Shown here: in pieces, positions 49,849 through 63,433 of the stretch
Layout: each line of letters opens with the position of its first letter
Numbering within the stretch: position 1 is the stretch's first letter
Assembly: GCA_965213675.1 (NCBI GenBank)
Contig: OZ243916.1
Span: 2,272,001-2,336,000 of the forward strand
Length of the DNA: 64,000 nt
Direction: 5' to 3'
Origin: an uncultured Candidatus Binatia bacterium
GTDB taxonomy: Bacteria; Desulfobacterota; Binatia; UBA9968; JAJDTQ01
Made by a program: the position numbers and the translations under genes
The notes under the pieces: generated by a model
Seen by the model: only the letters and a program-made list of their open reading frames with translations
What the model was told of the DNA's origin: nothing
Database searches by the model: none

Positions 49849-51093
49849 TTACAGACCCACGACCTTCTGATCCGCTGCGCCGGCGGCGGCCGCGAACTCG
49901 CCCGCCAGGATCTCCGACTCGTCCTCCCAGGCGCGCAGGACCTCATAGCCCGTGGAACGCTCGGCCGGAATGCGGTCGATCTCGCGGATGAGCGAACGGA
50001 ACTCGTGGGGCCGGATCATCTGCCCTTCGGTGGAACCCGCCAGCCGCGAGATGCTTTCCTCCATGAGCGTGCCGCCAAAGTCGTTGGCGCCGGAGCGCAG
50101 GCAGTGTTGCGACATGCGCCGGCCCATCTTCACCCACGACACCTGCACGTTGGGAATGGTGTCGTTGAGCAGCACCCGCGCCAGCGCGTGTACGCGGATG
50201 TCCTCCTCCTCGGTGGGGCCGGGACGCGCCAAGCCCTGCTGAAAGAGCGCGGTGTTCTCGTGTACGAACCCCAGCGGGACGAATTCGGTGAACCCGCCCG
50301 TCTCCTTCTGGATGTCGCGCAGCAGCAGCATGTGGTTCACCCAGTGGCTGCCGTTTTCCCGGTGGCCGTACATCATGGTGGAGGTGGTGAAGATGCCCAC
50401 CTCGTGGGCGGTGCGGATGACCCGGAGCCACTGCTCGGTGCTGACCTTGTTCTTGGACAGCACCATGCGCACCTCGTCGTCGAGGATCTCCGCGGCCGTG
50501 CCCGGCACGCTGTCCAGACCCGCGTCCCTTAGCATGCGCAGGTAATCGGCCAGCTCCATGCCGGTGAGTTCCACCCCGTAGGTGATCTCCATGGGCGAGT
50601 AGGCGTGGATGTGGATGCCGGGAACGCGGGAGCGGATGGCCTGAAGCAGGTCGCGGTAGTAGAAGGGCGTCATGCCCCGGGGCAGGCCGCCCTGCATGCA
50701 GATCTCGGTGGCGCCGCGGTTCCACGCATCCTCGGCCTTGTCCGCCACGTCTTCCAGCGAGTGGTCCCAGCTTCCGGCCTTGTTGGGGCCGGTGTGAAAC
50801 GCGCAGAACTTGCAGCCGACGTAACAGACGTTGGTGAAGTTGATATTGCGGCACACCACGTAAGTGATCTGGTCGCCGACCTTGGCCTGGCGCATGAGAT
50901 CGGCGGTCGCCGCAAGGGCCGCCAGTTCGTCGCCGCTCACCTCTGACAGAACGAGCCCTTCCTCCCGCGTGACCTCGTGGCCCGCCAGGGCGCGCTCCAG
51001 AATCTGCGCGACGCGGCCCTCCACGCGGGGCAACAGCCGGTTCAGACGTCCAACCTCGTCGTCATGGTCGAACATCGCTTCGATGTGGCTCAT
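49849..51093 (-). CDS. cofH: FO synthase subunit CofH (radical SAM)
   Basis: RNINFTNVCYVGCKFCAF, PGTAAEILDD, TGGFTEFVPL, DFGGTLMEESISR. Confidence 0.92.
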   Translation of the reverse strand: MSHIEAMFDHDDEVGRLNRLLPRVEGRVAQILERALAGHEVTREEGLVLSEVSGDELAALAATADLMRQAKVGDQITYVVCRNINFTNVCYVGCKFCAFHTGPNKAGSWDHSLEDVADKAEDAWNRGATEICMQGGLPRGMTPFYYRDLLQAIRSRVPGIHIHAYSPMEITYGVELTGMELADYLRMLRDAGLDSVPGTAAEILDDEVRMVLSKNKVSTEQWLRVIRTAHEVGIFTTSTMMYGHRENGSHWVNHMLLLRDIQKETGGFTEFVPLGFVHENTALFQQGLARPGPTEEEDIRVHALARVLLNDTIPNVQVSWVKMGRRMSQHCLRSGANDFGGTLMEESISRLAGSTEGQMIRPHEFRSLIREIDRIPAERSTGYEVLRAWEDESEILAGEFAAAAGAADQKVVGL

Positions 51094-52294
51094 GGTGTCC
51101 TCCGACGGCGCCTGATGTCGTGTCCCACGACACCAGGCCGTCCTCGTCGCAAAGTCTCTCGATGCAGGGGATCAACCCGGGCGCGATGAACCGCTGCCCT
51201 TGCGCGATGTATTCCGGGTAGATGGGAAGGCGGGGCCGCAAACGGAAACCAGCGGCCGCGGTGCGCTCCGCCAGTTCCACAAGCTCGGGCCAGGGCGCCT
51301 CCGGGTTGATGAAGTCGCGAGTGACGGGCGACACCCCGCCCCAGTCGTTGATGCCGGCGTTCAGGTACCACTCGTAACACTCCGGCGTCAGGTTGGGCGG
51401 CGCCTGGATGTTCATGTCGCCCCCCAGAATCAGCCGTGCCAGGGCGATGGTCCTGGCCTCGTCGTCGTAGTCCGCATCAGGCTGATCGTTCATGGGGATC
51501 TCGGGCTTCACGCGGAAGTTCTGCACGATCACTTCCTGGATGTGGCCGTAACGTTCATGCAACTCGCGAATGGCGTACAGCGACGCGATGCGCTCTTCCC
51601 AGGTCTCGCCAATGCCGATGAGGATACCCGTGGTGAACGGGATGCCCAGCCGGCCGGCCTCGGCCAGGGTCCGAAGCCGCGCCGCCGGCTTCTTGTCGGG
51701 AGCGTCGGCATGGGCGCCGCCCGGCTCCATGAGGCGCTCGCTGACGCTCTCCAGCATGAGCCCCATGCTGACGTTTACCCGCCGGAGCCGCTCCAGATCG
51801 GCGCGCGCCATGAGCCCGGGGTTGGCGTGGGGCAGGAGCCCGGTCTCCTCCAGCACCACGCGACACGCTTCGTACAGGTACTCCAGCGTCCGGCGGTAAC
51901 CCGCCTGGCGGAGGAACTCCCGCATCTCCGGGTAGATGGCCTCGGGCTTGTCCCCCAGGCTGAACAGCGCCTCGGTACAGCCCATCCCCTTCGCCCGCCG
52001 CGCCGTTTCCAACACTTCATCCAGGGACAGGGTCCTGGCCCCTGCGTCTTCGGGCGCCTTGCGAAACGTGCAATAGCCGCAGAAATCGCGACACAGGTTG
52101 GTCAGCGGGATGAAGACCTTGGGGGAGAAGGTAATGGTGCGGCCCTTGTGGCGGTCGCGCAACGCGGCAGCCGCTCGGAGCAGCGCCGTGAACTCATCTC
52201 CCTCGACACCGGCAAGCAGGAGGGCGTCGCCCGGCGCCAAGGAACCCCGGTCGAGACATTCCTGCAGCAGTCGTGGGACTTGTCGAGTCGTCAT
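51062..52294 (-). CDS. cofG: FO synthase subunit CofG (radical SAM)
   Basis: FIPLTNLCRDFCGYCTF, PHANPG, SMGLMLE, QAPPNL, DWGGVSP, PEAPWP. Confidence 0.93.
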   Translation of the reverse strand: MTTRQVPRLLQECLDRGSLAPGDALLLAGVEGDEFTALLRAAAALRDRHKGRTITFSPKVFIPLTNLCRDFCGYCTFRKAPEDAGARTLSLDEVLETARRAKGMGCTEALFSLGDKPEAIYPEMREFLRQAGYRRTLEYLYEACRVVLEETGLLPHANPGLMARADLERLRRVNVSMGLMLESVSERLMEPGGAHADAPDKKPAARLRTLAEAGRLGIPFTTGILIGIGETWEERIASLYAIRELHERYGHIQEVIVQNFRVKPEIPMNDQPDADYDDEARTIALARLILGGDMNIQAPPNLTPECYEWYLNAGINDWGGVSPVTRDFINPEAPWPELVELAERTAAAGFRLRPRLPIYPEYIAQGQRFIAPGLIPCIERLCDEDGLVSWDTTSGAVGGHHEPHRSDVRP

Positions 52295-52760
52295 TGCCAA
52301 ACGCTCAAAGTGGCTTGCATAACGGATAAGGGGGTCCGGGTCAACAAGGATCCCGTCCGGGCGGCGCGCCGGGAGGAAGCGCAGGACTCCCCATCTCGCC
52401 AACAGTTCGCCGGCCGGACCCTTGGTTTCCTTCCCGGTTTTCGGTAATGCAAAGGGCTTGCATTTCTGCCACGTTTGAAGGAGATAGTCTGGCAGAAGTT
52501 CGGCCGTCTCCCGGCACGGGAGACAAGGAGTTCCATCGATGTCCGACGACCCACAAGACGACGGCAAACCGCCGTCGCGCATTCCGGCCCTGAAGGCTTC
52601 CGCCACCCTCCCCCGCTTCTCCAACGTCTTGATTGCCCCATCGGGACAAATGCGCTGCTAGGAGCTAGCGCGCGTCCGTCGGGAACGCCCGCGTCCGGCT
52701 CGAGCCGGAGCGGAGTTCCTGTCCCTTTACGTCCCGGCATTCCGGATGGGAGATGTTTCG

Positions 52761-54086
52761 ATGTTCGAAAGTTTATGGTTGGGCGCCACGGTCATCCTGC
52801 TGTTGATCCTGGCCAACGGCTTCTTCGCCGCCGCCGAGATCGCCGTGATTGCCACGCGCCGGACGCGCATCGACCAGATGCAGGGCAAGGGCACGCGCTC
52901 CGCCGCGGCCTTGGGCCGGCTCAAGGACGAGCCGGACCGGTTCCTGGCCACCGTGCAGATCGGCATCACCTTCGTCGGCACCCTGGCCTCCGCCATCGGC
53001 GGCGCCGGCGCCATCCAGCTCCTCCAGCCGCCGCTCCAGTCGCTGCCGCTCCCGTACGCCGAAACCTGGGGCAACTACGCCGCCATCCTCATCGTGGTCC
53101 TGCCCATCGCCTACCTGACACTGGTACTGGGTGAGCTGGTCCCCAAGTCCCTGGCGCTGCGCTTCTCCGAGCGCATCGCGTCCTTCGTGGCGCTTCCCAT
53201 CGATGCCATTTCCAGGTGCACGTCGTTCCTCGTGGCGTTCCTGACCCGATCCAGCAATGTGGTGCTGCGGCTGTTCGGCGGCAAGGAGACCGGCTCCGCA
53301 AGCTTCATTTCCGAGGAGGAAGTCAAGTCGCTCATCCGGGAAGGCACAGCCAAGGGGATCTTCGACGAGACCGAGAAGGAGTTGATCCACAGCGTCTTCG
53401 ACTTCGTGGACACTCCGGTCCGGGCCGTGATGGTGCCGCGCACGGAGATCCACGCCGTGGACATCGCGTCCGAGTCCGACGATATTCTACGGAACTTCGT
53501 CGAAAGCGGCTTCTCGCGCCTGCCCGTGTACGAGGACGAACTGGACGAGATTCTGGGAATCGCCTACAACAAGGACCTTCTGCGCGCCATGCAGGCTGGC
53601 GAGCCCATCGACCTGCGCGCCATGCTGCACCCACCCTTCTTCGTGCCCAGCTCGCTGCCCATCAGCCAGCTCCTGAAAGACCTGCAACGCCGGCGCATGG
53701 CGCTGGCGCTGGTGGTGAACGAGTACGGCGAAGTGGAAGGACTGGCCAGCCTGGAGGACATCATCGAGGAGATCGTCGGCGAGATCCGCGACGAATACGA
53801 CTCCGAGGAGCGGGGGCCCGTGGAGCGCCTCCCTGACGGCTCGATGGTGGTGTCGGGCTCTGCCCTGCTGAAGGAGCTGCAGTCGGACTACGACCTGCCC
53901 TTCGAAGAGTCGGTGGACTACCACACCCTGGCCGGTTTCGTGCTTGCCAAGCTGAAGCGCATTCCCCGTGGCGGCGAAAAGATCGAGACCGACGGCCACC
54001 GCCTCACCATCGCCGACATGGAAGGCCGCCGGATCATCAAGATTCGGGTGGAAGAGAACCGCCGCGCGAACGGCGACGCGGCGTAG
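52761..54086 (+). CDS. HlyC/CorC (CNNM-CBS-CorC) family membrane protein
   Basis: NGFFAAAEIA, VQIGIT, GELVPK, MVPR, FSRLPVY, EDIIEEIVGEI.DEYD. Confidence 0.93.
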   Translation: MFESLWLGATVILLLILANGFFAAAEIAVIATRRTRIDQMQGKGTRSAAALGRLKDEPDRFLATVQIGITFVGTLASAIGGAGAIQLLQPPLQSLPLPYAETWGNYAAILIVVLPIAYLTLVLGELVPKSLALRFSERIASFVALPIDAISRCTSFLVAFLTRSSNVVLRLFGGKETGSASFISEEEVKSLIREGTAKGIFDETEKELIHSVFDFVDTPVRAVMVPRTEIHAVDIASESDDILRNFVESGFSRLPVYEDELDEILGIAYNKDLLRAMQAGEPIDLRAMLHPPFFVPSSLPISQLLKDLQRRRMALALVVNEYGEVEGLASLEDIIEEIVGEIRDEYDSEERGPVERLPDGSMVVSGSALLKELQSDYDLPFEESVDYHTLAGFVLAKLKRIPRGGEKIETDGHRLTIADMEGRRIIKIRVEENRRANGDAA

Positions 54087-54116
54087 AAACCGCGACGAAC
54101 CCGCCCGCACCCCGCG

Positions 54117-55196
54117 CTACGACGCCCTCTGCGTGGCCTCGCGGCCCTGAAGCAGGGACTCCGTTTCCCGGAGCAGCGCCTGGATCTCGTTGGGCTTGCC
54201 CACGGTCACCCGCATCATGTGGCACAGGGCCGGGGTATCGAAGAAGCGCACCAGGATACCCTTCGCGCTCAACCCTTCGTACAGCCAGCGAATGCTGTCG
54301 CGGCCGAGACGGGCCATGACGAAGTTGGTCTGGGACGTGTGCACGTCGAAACCCAGCCGGCGCAGTCCCCGGACCAGGGTCTTGCGCGTGCGCTGGATGC
54401 GCGCCACGTTCCGGCGCATCCACTCCACGTCCTCCAGGGCCGCGACGGCCGCCGCCAGGCTCAGACGGCACAGGTTGTAGGAATCCTTCACCTTCATCAG
54501 GCTGCGCACGATGTCTTCGCTGCCGAAGGCCAGGCCCACGCGCATTCCCGCCAGCGAAAACGCCTTGGAGAAGGTGCGCAGCACGACCAGGTTGGGGAAA
54601 CGCTTGACCAGCGCGATGGCGCTTTCGTCGTTGTCGGCGAAGTCGATGTAGGCCTCGTCCACCACCAACAGGCCGGCCACGGAGCGCGCCAGCCGCGCGA
54701 TCTCGCTCACCGGCTCCAGCGTCCCGGACGGGGCGTTGGGGTTGCACAGAATGGTGACCTTGCTGGACTGGAAGTAGAGCGGCGCCGGGACCGTGAAGTC
54801 GTCGGCGTAGGGCACGGTCACGCTCTCGCCGCCCTGGATGGCGACGAGGGTTTCGTACAGCGAGTAGGTGGGAACCGGGTAGGCCACGCTGTCGCCTTCG
54901 CCCACGTAGCAGCGCATGAGGATGGACAGCAGCTCGTCCGAGCCATTGCCCGCCATGACATTTTCCGGACCGACGTTGTAGAGGGCCGCGGCGCGCTGGC
55001 GCAATTCCAGAGCCGCGGGATCGGGATAGAGGCGCAGCGACGAAGAGATTTCGCGGCGCACCGCGGCCAGTACCTTCGGGGACGGCGGGTAGGGGTTCTC
55101 GTTGGTGTTGAGCTTGATCAGGTCCGCTCGCCTGGGCTGCGCACCAGGCGTGTAACCCTCCATATCTTCGATGTTTTTTCTCAGGATGGACTGCAT
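54117..55196 (-). CDS. hisC: Histidinol-phosphate aminotransferase
   Basis: KLNTNENPY, YPD, GNGSDE, NPNAPSG, DEAY, RTFSKAFSLAGMR. Confidence 0.93.
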   Translation of the reverse strand: MQSILRKNIEDMEGYTPGAQPRRADLIKLNTNENPYPPSPKVLAAVRREISSSLRLYPDPAALELRQRAAALYNVGPENVMAGNGSDELLSILMRCYVGEGDSVAYPVPTYSLYETLVAIQGGESVTVPYADDFTVPAPLYFQSSKVTILCNPNAPSGTLEPVSEIARLARSVAGLLVVDEAYIDFADNDESAIALVKRFPNLVVLRTFSKAFSLAGMRVGLAFGSEDIVRSLMKVKDSYNLCRLSLAAAVAALEDVEWMRRNVARIQRTRKTLVRGLRRLGFDVHTSQTNFVMARLGRDSIRWLYEGLSAKGILVRFFDTPALCHMMRVTVGKPNEIQALLRETESLLQGREATQRAS

Positions 55197-55326
55197 CCGA
55201 AAAGTCTAGCCAGCCCCCGCGGGCAATGCAAATGACGCGCGGCAAGCGTCACGGCGCCTCAACGTGCTCCCTTGATCCGCAATCTTGACTGACATCCTGT
55301 CTCGAACGGCTTGCGTTTGTCCGCCG

Positions 55327-57945
55327 CTACGCCGCATCCGACACCGCCGACACCGTCAACTCGCGGCCGTCGTGGTCCACCACCACGCGGCTGTGGTCCT
55401 TGACCTCGCCGGCCAGGAGCTTCCGCGCCAGCGCCGTCTCCAGTTCTTTCTGGATCAACCGCTTGAGCGGCCGGGCGCCGTAGGCGGGGTCGTAGCCCAC
55501 GGCCGCGAAATGGTCCGTGGCCTTCCGGGTCAGCTCCATGCGGATGTGACGTTCGGCCAGGCGCTCGCGCAGATGGCCGAGCTGAATCTCGACGATCTCC
55601 CGGAGGTTGTCCCGGGTGAGGCCGTGAAACACCACGATGTCGTCCACCCGGTTCAGGAACTCGGGCCGGAACTCCCGTCGGAGCACGTCGAGCACCTCCC
55701 GCTTCATGGCATCGTAACCGCTGTCGTCGGCGCGTCCGCTGTAGTTCAGGACAAGCTGACTGCCGGCGTTGGAGGTCATGATCACCACCGTGTTCCTGAA
55801 GTCCACGGTGCGGCCGTGGCCGTCGGTGAGGCGACCGTCATCGAGTAACTGCAGCATGACGTTGAACACGTCGGGATGAGCCTTCTCGACCTCGTCGAAC
55901 AGGACCACCGAGTAGGGGTGGCGGCGCACCGCCTCGGTAAGCTGTCCCCCCTCGTCATAGCCCACGTATCCCGGAGGGGCGCCCAGGAGCCGCGCCACGG
56001 TGTGCTTCTCCATGTACTCCGACATGTCGAGGCGCACCATGTTGGCCTCGTCGTCGAACAGAAACTCCGCCAGCGCCCGCCCCAACTCGGTCTTGCCCAC
56101 GCCCGTGGGACCCAGAAAGATGAACGAGCCGATGGGCCGGTGGGGGTCCTTGAGCCCGGACCGGGCGCGCACCACCGCGTCGGCCACCGCGGACACGGCT
56201 TCGTCCTGGCCGATAAGGCGCTTGTGCAGGTGGTCGCCCAGGTGCAGCAGCTTGTCCCGTTCGCCCTCCAGGAGCTTCGACACCGGCACCCCGGTCCAGC
56301 GCGACACCACCTCGGCGATGTCGTCCTCGTCCACTTCCTCCTTGAGCAGCACACCGCCGTCGTCGGTCTTGAGGCTCTCCTGCTGTCTGCCCAGTGCGTT
56401 CTCCAACTCGGTGAGCTTGCCGTACTTGAGTTCGGCCACGCGGTTCAGGTCGTACTCGCGCTCGGCCTGCTCCATGGCCCGCCGGGTCTCGTCGATCTCC
56501 TCCTTGAGCTGGCGCAGCTTCGCGATGGCGCCCTTCTCCATCTCCCAGCGCGCCTTGAGCTTGTTGGCCTCTTCCTTGAGGTTGGCGAGCTCGTTCTCGA
56601 GCTTGGTCAGGCGCTCCCGCGAGGCGTCGTCGCTCTCCTTGCGCAGGGCCTCGCGCTCGATCTCGAGCTGCATCACCTGGCGCGAGGCCTGGTCCAGCTC
56701 CGCGGGCATGGAGTCGATCTCGGTGCGCAGCTTGGAGGCGGCCTCGTCCACCAGATCGATGGCCTTGTCGGGCAGAAAACGATCACTGATGTAGCGGTGC
56801 GACAGCACCGCCGCGGTCACCAGCGCCGAGTCCTTGATGCGCACCCCGTGGTGCAGCTCGTAACGCTCCCGCAGCCCCCGCAGGATGGAGACCGTGTCCT
56901 CCACCGTGGGCTGGTCCACGGTCACCGGCTGGAACCGCCGCTCCAGCGCGCGATCCTTCTCCACGTACTTGCGGTACTCGTCCAGGGTGGTGGCGCCGAT
57001 GCAGTGCAGCTCGCCCCGGGCCAGCATCGGCTTCAGCAGGTTGCTGGCGTCCATGGCGCCTTCGGCGGCGCCGGCCCCCACCACGGTGTGCATCTCGTCA
57101 ATGAACAGGATCACCTCGCCCGAGGACTCCTGCACCTCCTTGAGCACGGCCTTGAGGCGTTCCTCGAACTCGCCCCGGTACTTGGCGCCGGCGATGAGCA
57201 GACCCATGTCCAGCACCACGATGCGCTTGCGCTTGAGCCCCTCGGGCACGTCCCCCGCCACGATGCGCAGCGCCAGCCCCTCCACGATGGCGGTCTTGCC
57301 CACGCCCGGATCGCCGATGAGCACCGGATTGTTCTTGGTGCGGCGCGACAGTACCTGCACCACCCGCCGGATCTCCTCGTCCCGGCCGATGACCGGATCG
57401 AGCTTGCCCTGGGACGCGAGTTGGGTGAGGTCCCGGCCGTAACGTTCCAGCGCCTGGTAGGTGCCCTCCGGGTTCTGGCTGGTGACCCGCTGGTGCCCGC
57501 GCACCTTCCGGAGCGCCTCCATCAGCTTGTCCCGGCTGACGCCCTTGGCGCGCAGCACCCCGCTCGCCCTGCCCCCCTCCTCGAGGATTGCCAGCAACAG
57601 GTGCTCGACGCTGATGTATTCGTCCTTGAGCTGCCCGGCCTCATCCTCGGCCCGAGCGAGCATGCGCGACAACCGCTGGGTGACGTAGACCTGCTCCGGG
57701 CCGGCCGCGGCGCCCGCACCCGTCACTTGCGGGATGCGGTCGAGTTCCGCTTCGAGCCCCTGTTTCACCTCCGGCACGGAAACGCCGGTCTGGGTGAGCA
57801 ACGCCGTAACCACCCCGTCCGAGGGCTCCAGCAACGCCGCCAGCAGATGCTCGACGTCCACCCCCTGATGATTGCGCCGCGACGCCAGCGTCTGGGCCTG
57901 GCGCAACGCTTCCTGCGACTTCTCGGTCAAACGATTGATGTCCAT
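55327..57945 (-). CDS. clpB: ATP-dependent chaperone ClpB
   Basis: Two AAA+ modules ([16 protein letters not shown]) with a coiled-coil middle domain; 872 aa. Confidence 0.97.
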   Translation of the reverse strand: MDINRLTEKSQEALRQAQTLASRRNHQGVDVEHLLAALLEPSDGVVTALLTQTGVSVPEVKQGLEAELDRIPQVTGAGAAAGPEQVYVTQRLSRMLARAEDEAGQLKDEYISVEHLLLAILEEGGRASGVLRAKGVSRDKLMEALRKVRGHQRVTSQNPEGTYQALERYGRDLTQLASQGKLDPVIGRDEEIRRVVQVLSRRTKNNPVLIGDPGVGKTAIVEGLALRIVAGDVPEGLKRKRIVVLDMGLLIAGAKYRGEFEERLKAVLKEVQESSGEVILFIDEMHTVVGAGAAEGAMDASNLLKPMLARGELHCIGATTLDEYRKYVEKDRALERRFQPVTVDQPTVEDTVSILRGLRERYELHHGVRIKDSALVTAAVLSHRYISDRFLPDKAIDLVDEAASKLRTEIDSMPAELDQASRQVMQLEIEREALRKESDDASRERLTKLENELANLKEEANKLKARWEMEKGAIAKLRQLKEEIDETRRAMEQAEREYDLNRVAELKYGKLTELENALGRQQESLKTDDGGVLLKEEVDEDDIAEVVSRWTGVPVSKLLEGERDKLLHLGDHLHKRLIGQDEAVSAVADAVVRARSGLKDPHRPIGSFIFLGPTGVGKTELGRALAEFLFDDEANMVRLDMSEYMEKHTVARLLGAPPGYVGYDEGGQLTEAVRRHPYSVVLFDEVEKAHPDVFNVMLQLLDDGRLTDGHGRTVDFRNTVVIMTSNAGSQLVLNYSGRADDSGYDAMKREVLDVLRREFRPEFLNRVDDIVVFHGLTRDNLREIVEIQLGHLRERLAERHIRMELTRKATDHFAAVGYDPAYGARPLKRLIQKELETALARKLLAGEVKDHSRVVVDHDGRELTVSAVSDAA

Positions 57946-58189
57946 GAGTTCCCCCGATTCCCCGGTTGTCCATGGAAAAATCTAGGCACGGATTCGTCAA
58001 AGTCAACGCGGCCCCGTCAGCCCGCAGGGTGACCCCACGCTGACCGGGCAACCGCGTCGACGGGCGGATGCCCGGTCAACGTGGGATCGTCCTGGTCCTG
58101 GTTCGCGGATCATGGTTCGGCGGCAGCATTTCTGGTAACAACTCAAACCGGATCGCATCCGTGTGGATCCGTGTGGTTTGGACCGTGCC

Positions 58190-59368
58190 ATGGCCGATTT
58201 CATCGAACAGAGGCTGGAGGAGATCCGGAGCCGCAACCTCTACCGCGAGTTGAAACTCGTCGACGGCGAGCAGGGTCCTGCGGTGATGCTCGACGGCCGG
58301 GAAGTGTTGAATCTGTCCTCCAACAACTACCTTGGGTTGGCCAACCACCCCGAGTTGAAGGAGGCGGCCCGGCAGGCGCTGGAGCGTTACGGCTGCGGTT
58401 CCGGCGCTTCGCGGCTGATCTCCGGCAACATGACGGCCCACGAAGAGTTGGAAGAGCGCCTTGCACGCTTCAAGGGTACCGAGGCGGCGCTGGTGTTCAA
58501 CAGTGGCTATCAGGCCAACGTGGGCATCATCGCCACGCTGGTGGAGAAGGGCGACGCGGTGCTGAGCGACGAGTTGAACCACGCCAGCATCATCGACGGC
58601 TGCCGGCTGTCGCGGGCGGCGGTGTCGGTGTACCGCCACGGCGACATGGACCACCTGGAGAGCCTTCTGAAAGAGGCGCCGGCACGGGCTCGCAAGCTCA
58701 TCGCCACCGAATCCGTGTTCAGCATGGACGGCGACATCGCGCCTCTTGGGGAACTGATGGGGTTGGCGGAGCGTTACGGCGCCATGGTGATGGTGGACGA
58801 GGCCCACGCCACCGGCGTTCGGGGGGCCAACGGCGCCGGCGTGGTGGCGGAAATGGGGCTCGGCGACCGTGTCCTGGTGCAGATGGGCACCCTGGGCAAG
58901 GCGCTGGGAGCCTTCGGCGCCTATGTCGCCGGCAGCGCCAGGTTGAAGGAACTGCTCATCAACCGCGCCCGCAGCTTCATCTTCACCACGTCGCTGCCGC
59001 CGGTGGTGCTGGCCATGGCGGCCGCGGCCGTGGACCTGGTGGAGCGGGAGCCGGAGCGGCGGTGCGCACTGCGGCGCAACACCGAGCGGCTGCGAAACGG
59101 CCTTGCGGGGCTCGGCTTCACGGTGGGCGGGAGCACCCAGATCATTCCCGTCCTGGCGGGAGACGAGCGTCCCTGCATGGAGCTTGCGGCGCGCCTCATG
59201 GAATCGGGATTCTACGTGCAGGGCATCCGCCCGCCCACGGTACCGCCGGGAACGTCACGGCTGCGGGTCACCACCATGGCAACCCACACGGCCGGCCAAT
59301 TGGACCGCGCTCTCGACGCTTTCGCACGGGCCGGGTCGAGTATCGCGTCCTGGAAATTCCTGCGATAA
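58190..59368 (+). CDS. bioF: 8-amino-7-oxononanoate synthase
   Basis: SNNYLGLA, GSGASRLISG, NHASIIDG, FSMDGD, DEAH, TLGKA, IRPPTVP. Confidence 0.93.
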   Translation: MADFIEQRLEEIRSRNLYRELKLVDGEQGPAVMLDGREVLNLSSNNYLGLANHPELKEAARQALERYGCGSGASRLISGNMTAHEELEERLARFKGTEAALVFNSGYQANVGIIATLVEKGDAVLSDELNHASIIDGCRLSRAAVSVYRHGDMDHLESLLKEAPARARKLIATESVFSMDGDIAPLGELMGLAERYGAMVMVDEAHATGVRGANGAGVVAEMGLGDRVLVQMGTLGKALGAFGAYVAGSARLKELLINRARSFIFTTSLPPVVLAMAAAAVDLVEREPERRCALRRNTERLRNGLAGLGFTVGGSTQIIPVLAGDERPCMELAARLMESGFYVQGIRPPTVPPGTSRLRVTTMATHTAGQLDRALDAFARAGSSIASWKFLR

Positions 59369-59541
59369 TTTGCGCAGGCAGTCTGGTTGCCGGCAAGGCG
59401 CGATGGCTTGCAGGGGCGACCGGTGGTCGCCCCACGTGACAGGCGCCAAGCGGGGAAGACCCTGGGTCGAACCCAGGATGACGTGACCTGGCCGACCGCA
59501 AACCAGCAAGTTTTCGCAGGAACTTTCGGGATACGACACGG
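59337..59541. mobile_element. MITE-like element copy overlapping the bioF 3' end
   Basis: Degenerate TIRs (GTATCGCGTCC..AATTCCTGCGA / TCGCAGGAACT..GGGATACGACAC); core GTTGCCGGCAAGGCGCGATG; nested GGGGCGACC..GGTCGCCCC hairpin. Confidence 0.6.
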
Positions 59542-59577
59542 CCTGGAACGCCGGCAACGCCTCACCAACGGAGAACC

Positions 59578-62874
<3,297 letters not shown>

Positions 62875-62964
62875 GGTGACGGCAGGCGTACGAAACTCGC
62901 GGGTGGGGTGTCAAGAGTACGGATGAGGCATCCGCCCGGAAACGAGAGCGCCCCGCACCGTTCA

Positions 62965-62993
62965 TTTACATGGGCGCTGGGGAATGCTAGCTT
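62965..62993 (+). promoter_or_regulatory. Putative sigma70 promoter of tRNA-Ala
   Basis: TTTACA-17 nt-TAGCTT with TG extension, 19 nt before the tRNA. Confidence 0.55.
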
Positions 62994-63012
62994 ATAGGGA
63001 CTGCACGAATGT

Positions 63013-63088
63013 GGGGCCGTAGCTCAGCTGGGAGAGCGCTAGGTTCGCAATCTAGAGGTCGTGGGTTCGATCCCCATCGGCTCCACCA
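63013..63088 (+). tRNA. tRNA-Ala(CGC)
   Basis: GGGGCCG/CGGCTCC acceptor stem with G3:U70, CTAGG-TT-CGC-AA-TCTAG anticodon arm, CCA. Confidence 0.97.
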
Positions 63089-63238
63089 TCCCCACTCCCC
63101 GGGGGTCCACCGTGACAAGTTCTGATACTCAGCGTTCCCGTTGAGAAGGACAGCCGGTTTTGGTAAACGCTCCAGAATGATGGCTGGTCAGACGCAGCAT
63201 CTGGCTCGTCCGGCCCATATCCAAGGAAGGAGCGGCGT

Positions 63239-63421
63239 ATGGCGAAGGACTTGAATATCAAAGACGGCCCGAAATTTCACGTCACACGGCGTGGTGAACT
63301 CTACGTCAAGGGCGGTGAGCTTCTCCGTAGCGAAGCTGGACGTGAAGCGATTCGAGAGGCTGCCACGGCAATAGGGCACTGGCAAAAGAAGCCGCACGAG
63401 GAGTCGTCGTCCGAAGAGTAA
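63239..63421 (+). CDS. Small hypothetical protein (60 aa)
   Basis: Strong AAGGAAGGAG RBS; stop 12 nt before the next ORF. Confidence 0.65.
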   Translation: MAKDLNIKDGPKFHVTRRGELYVKGGELLRSEAGREAIREAATAIGHWQKKPHEESSSEE

Positions 63422-63433
63422 GAAAACGCTCCG

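Noticed and set aside
49849-51093. MqnC/MqnE (futalosine pathway) assignment
   Set aside because: Adjacent cofG/cofD/cofC/cofE and the GTLMEESISR motif favour CofH.
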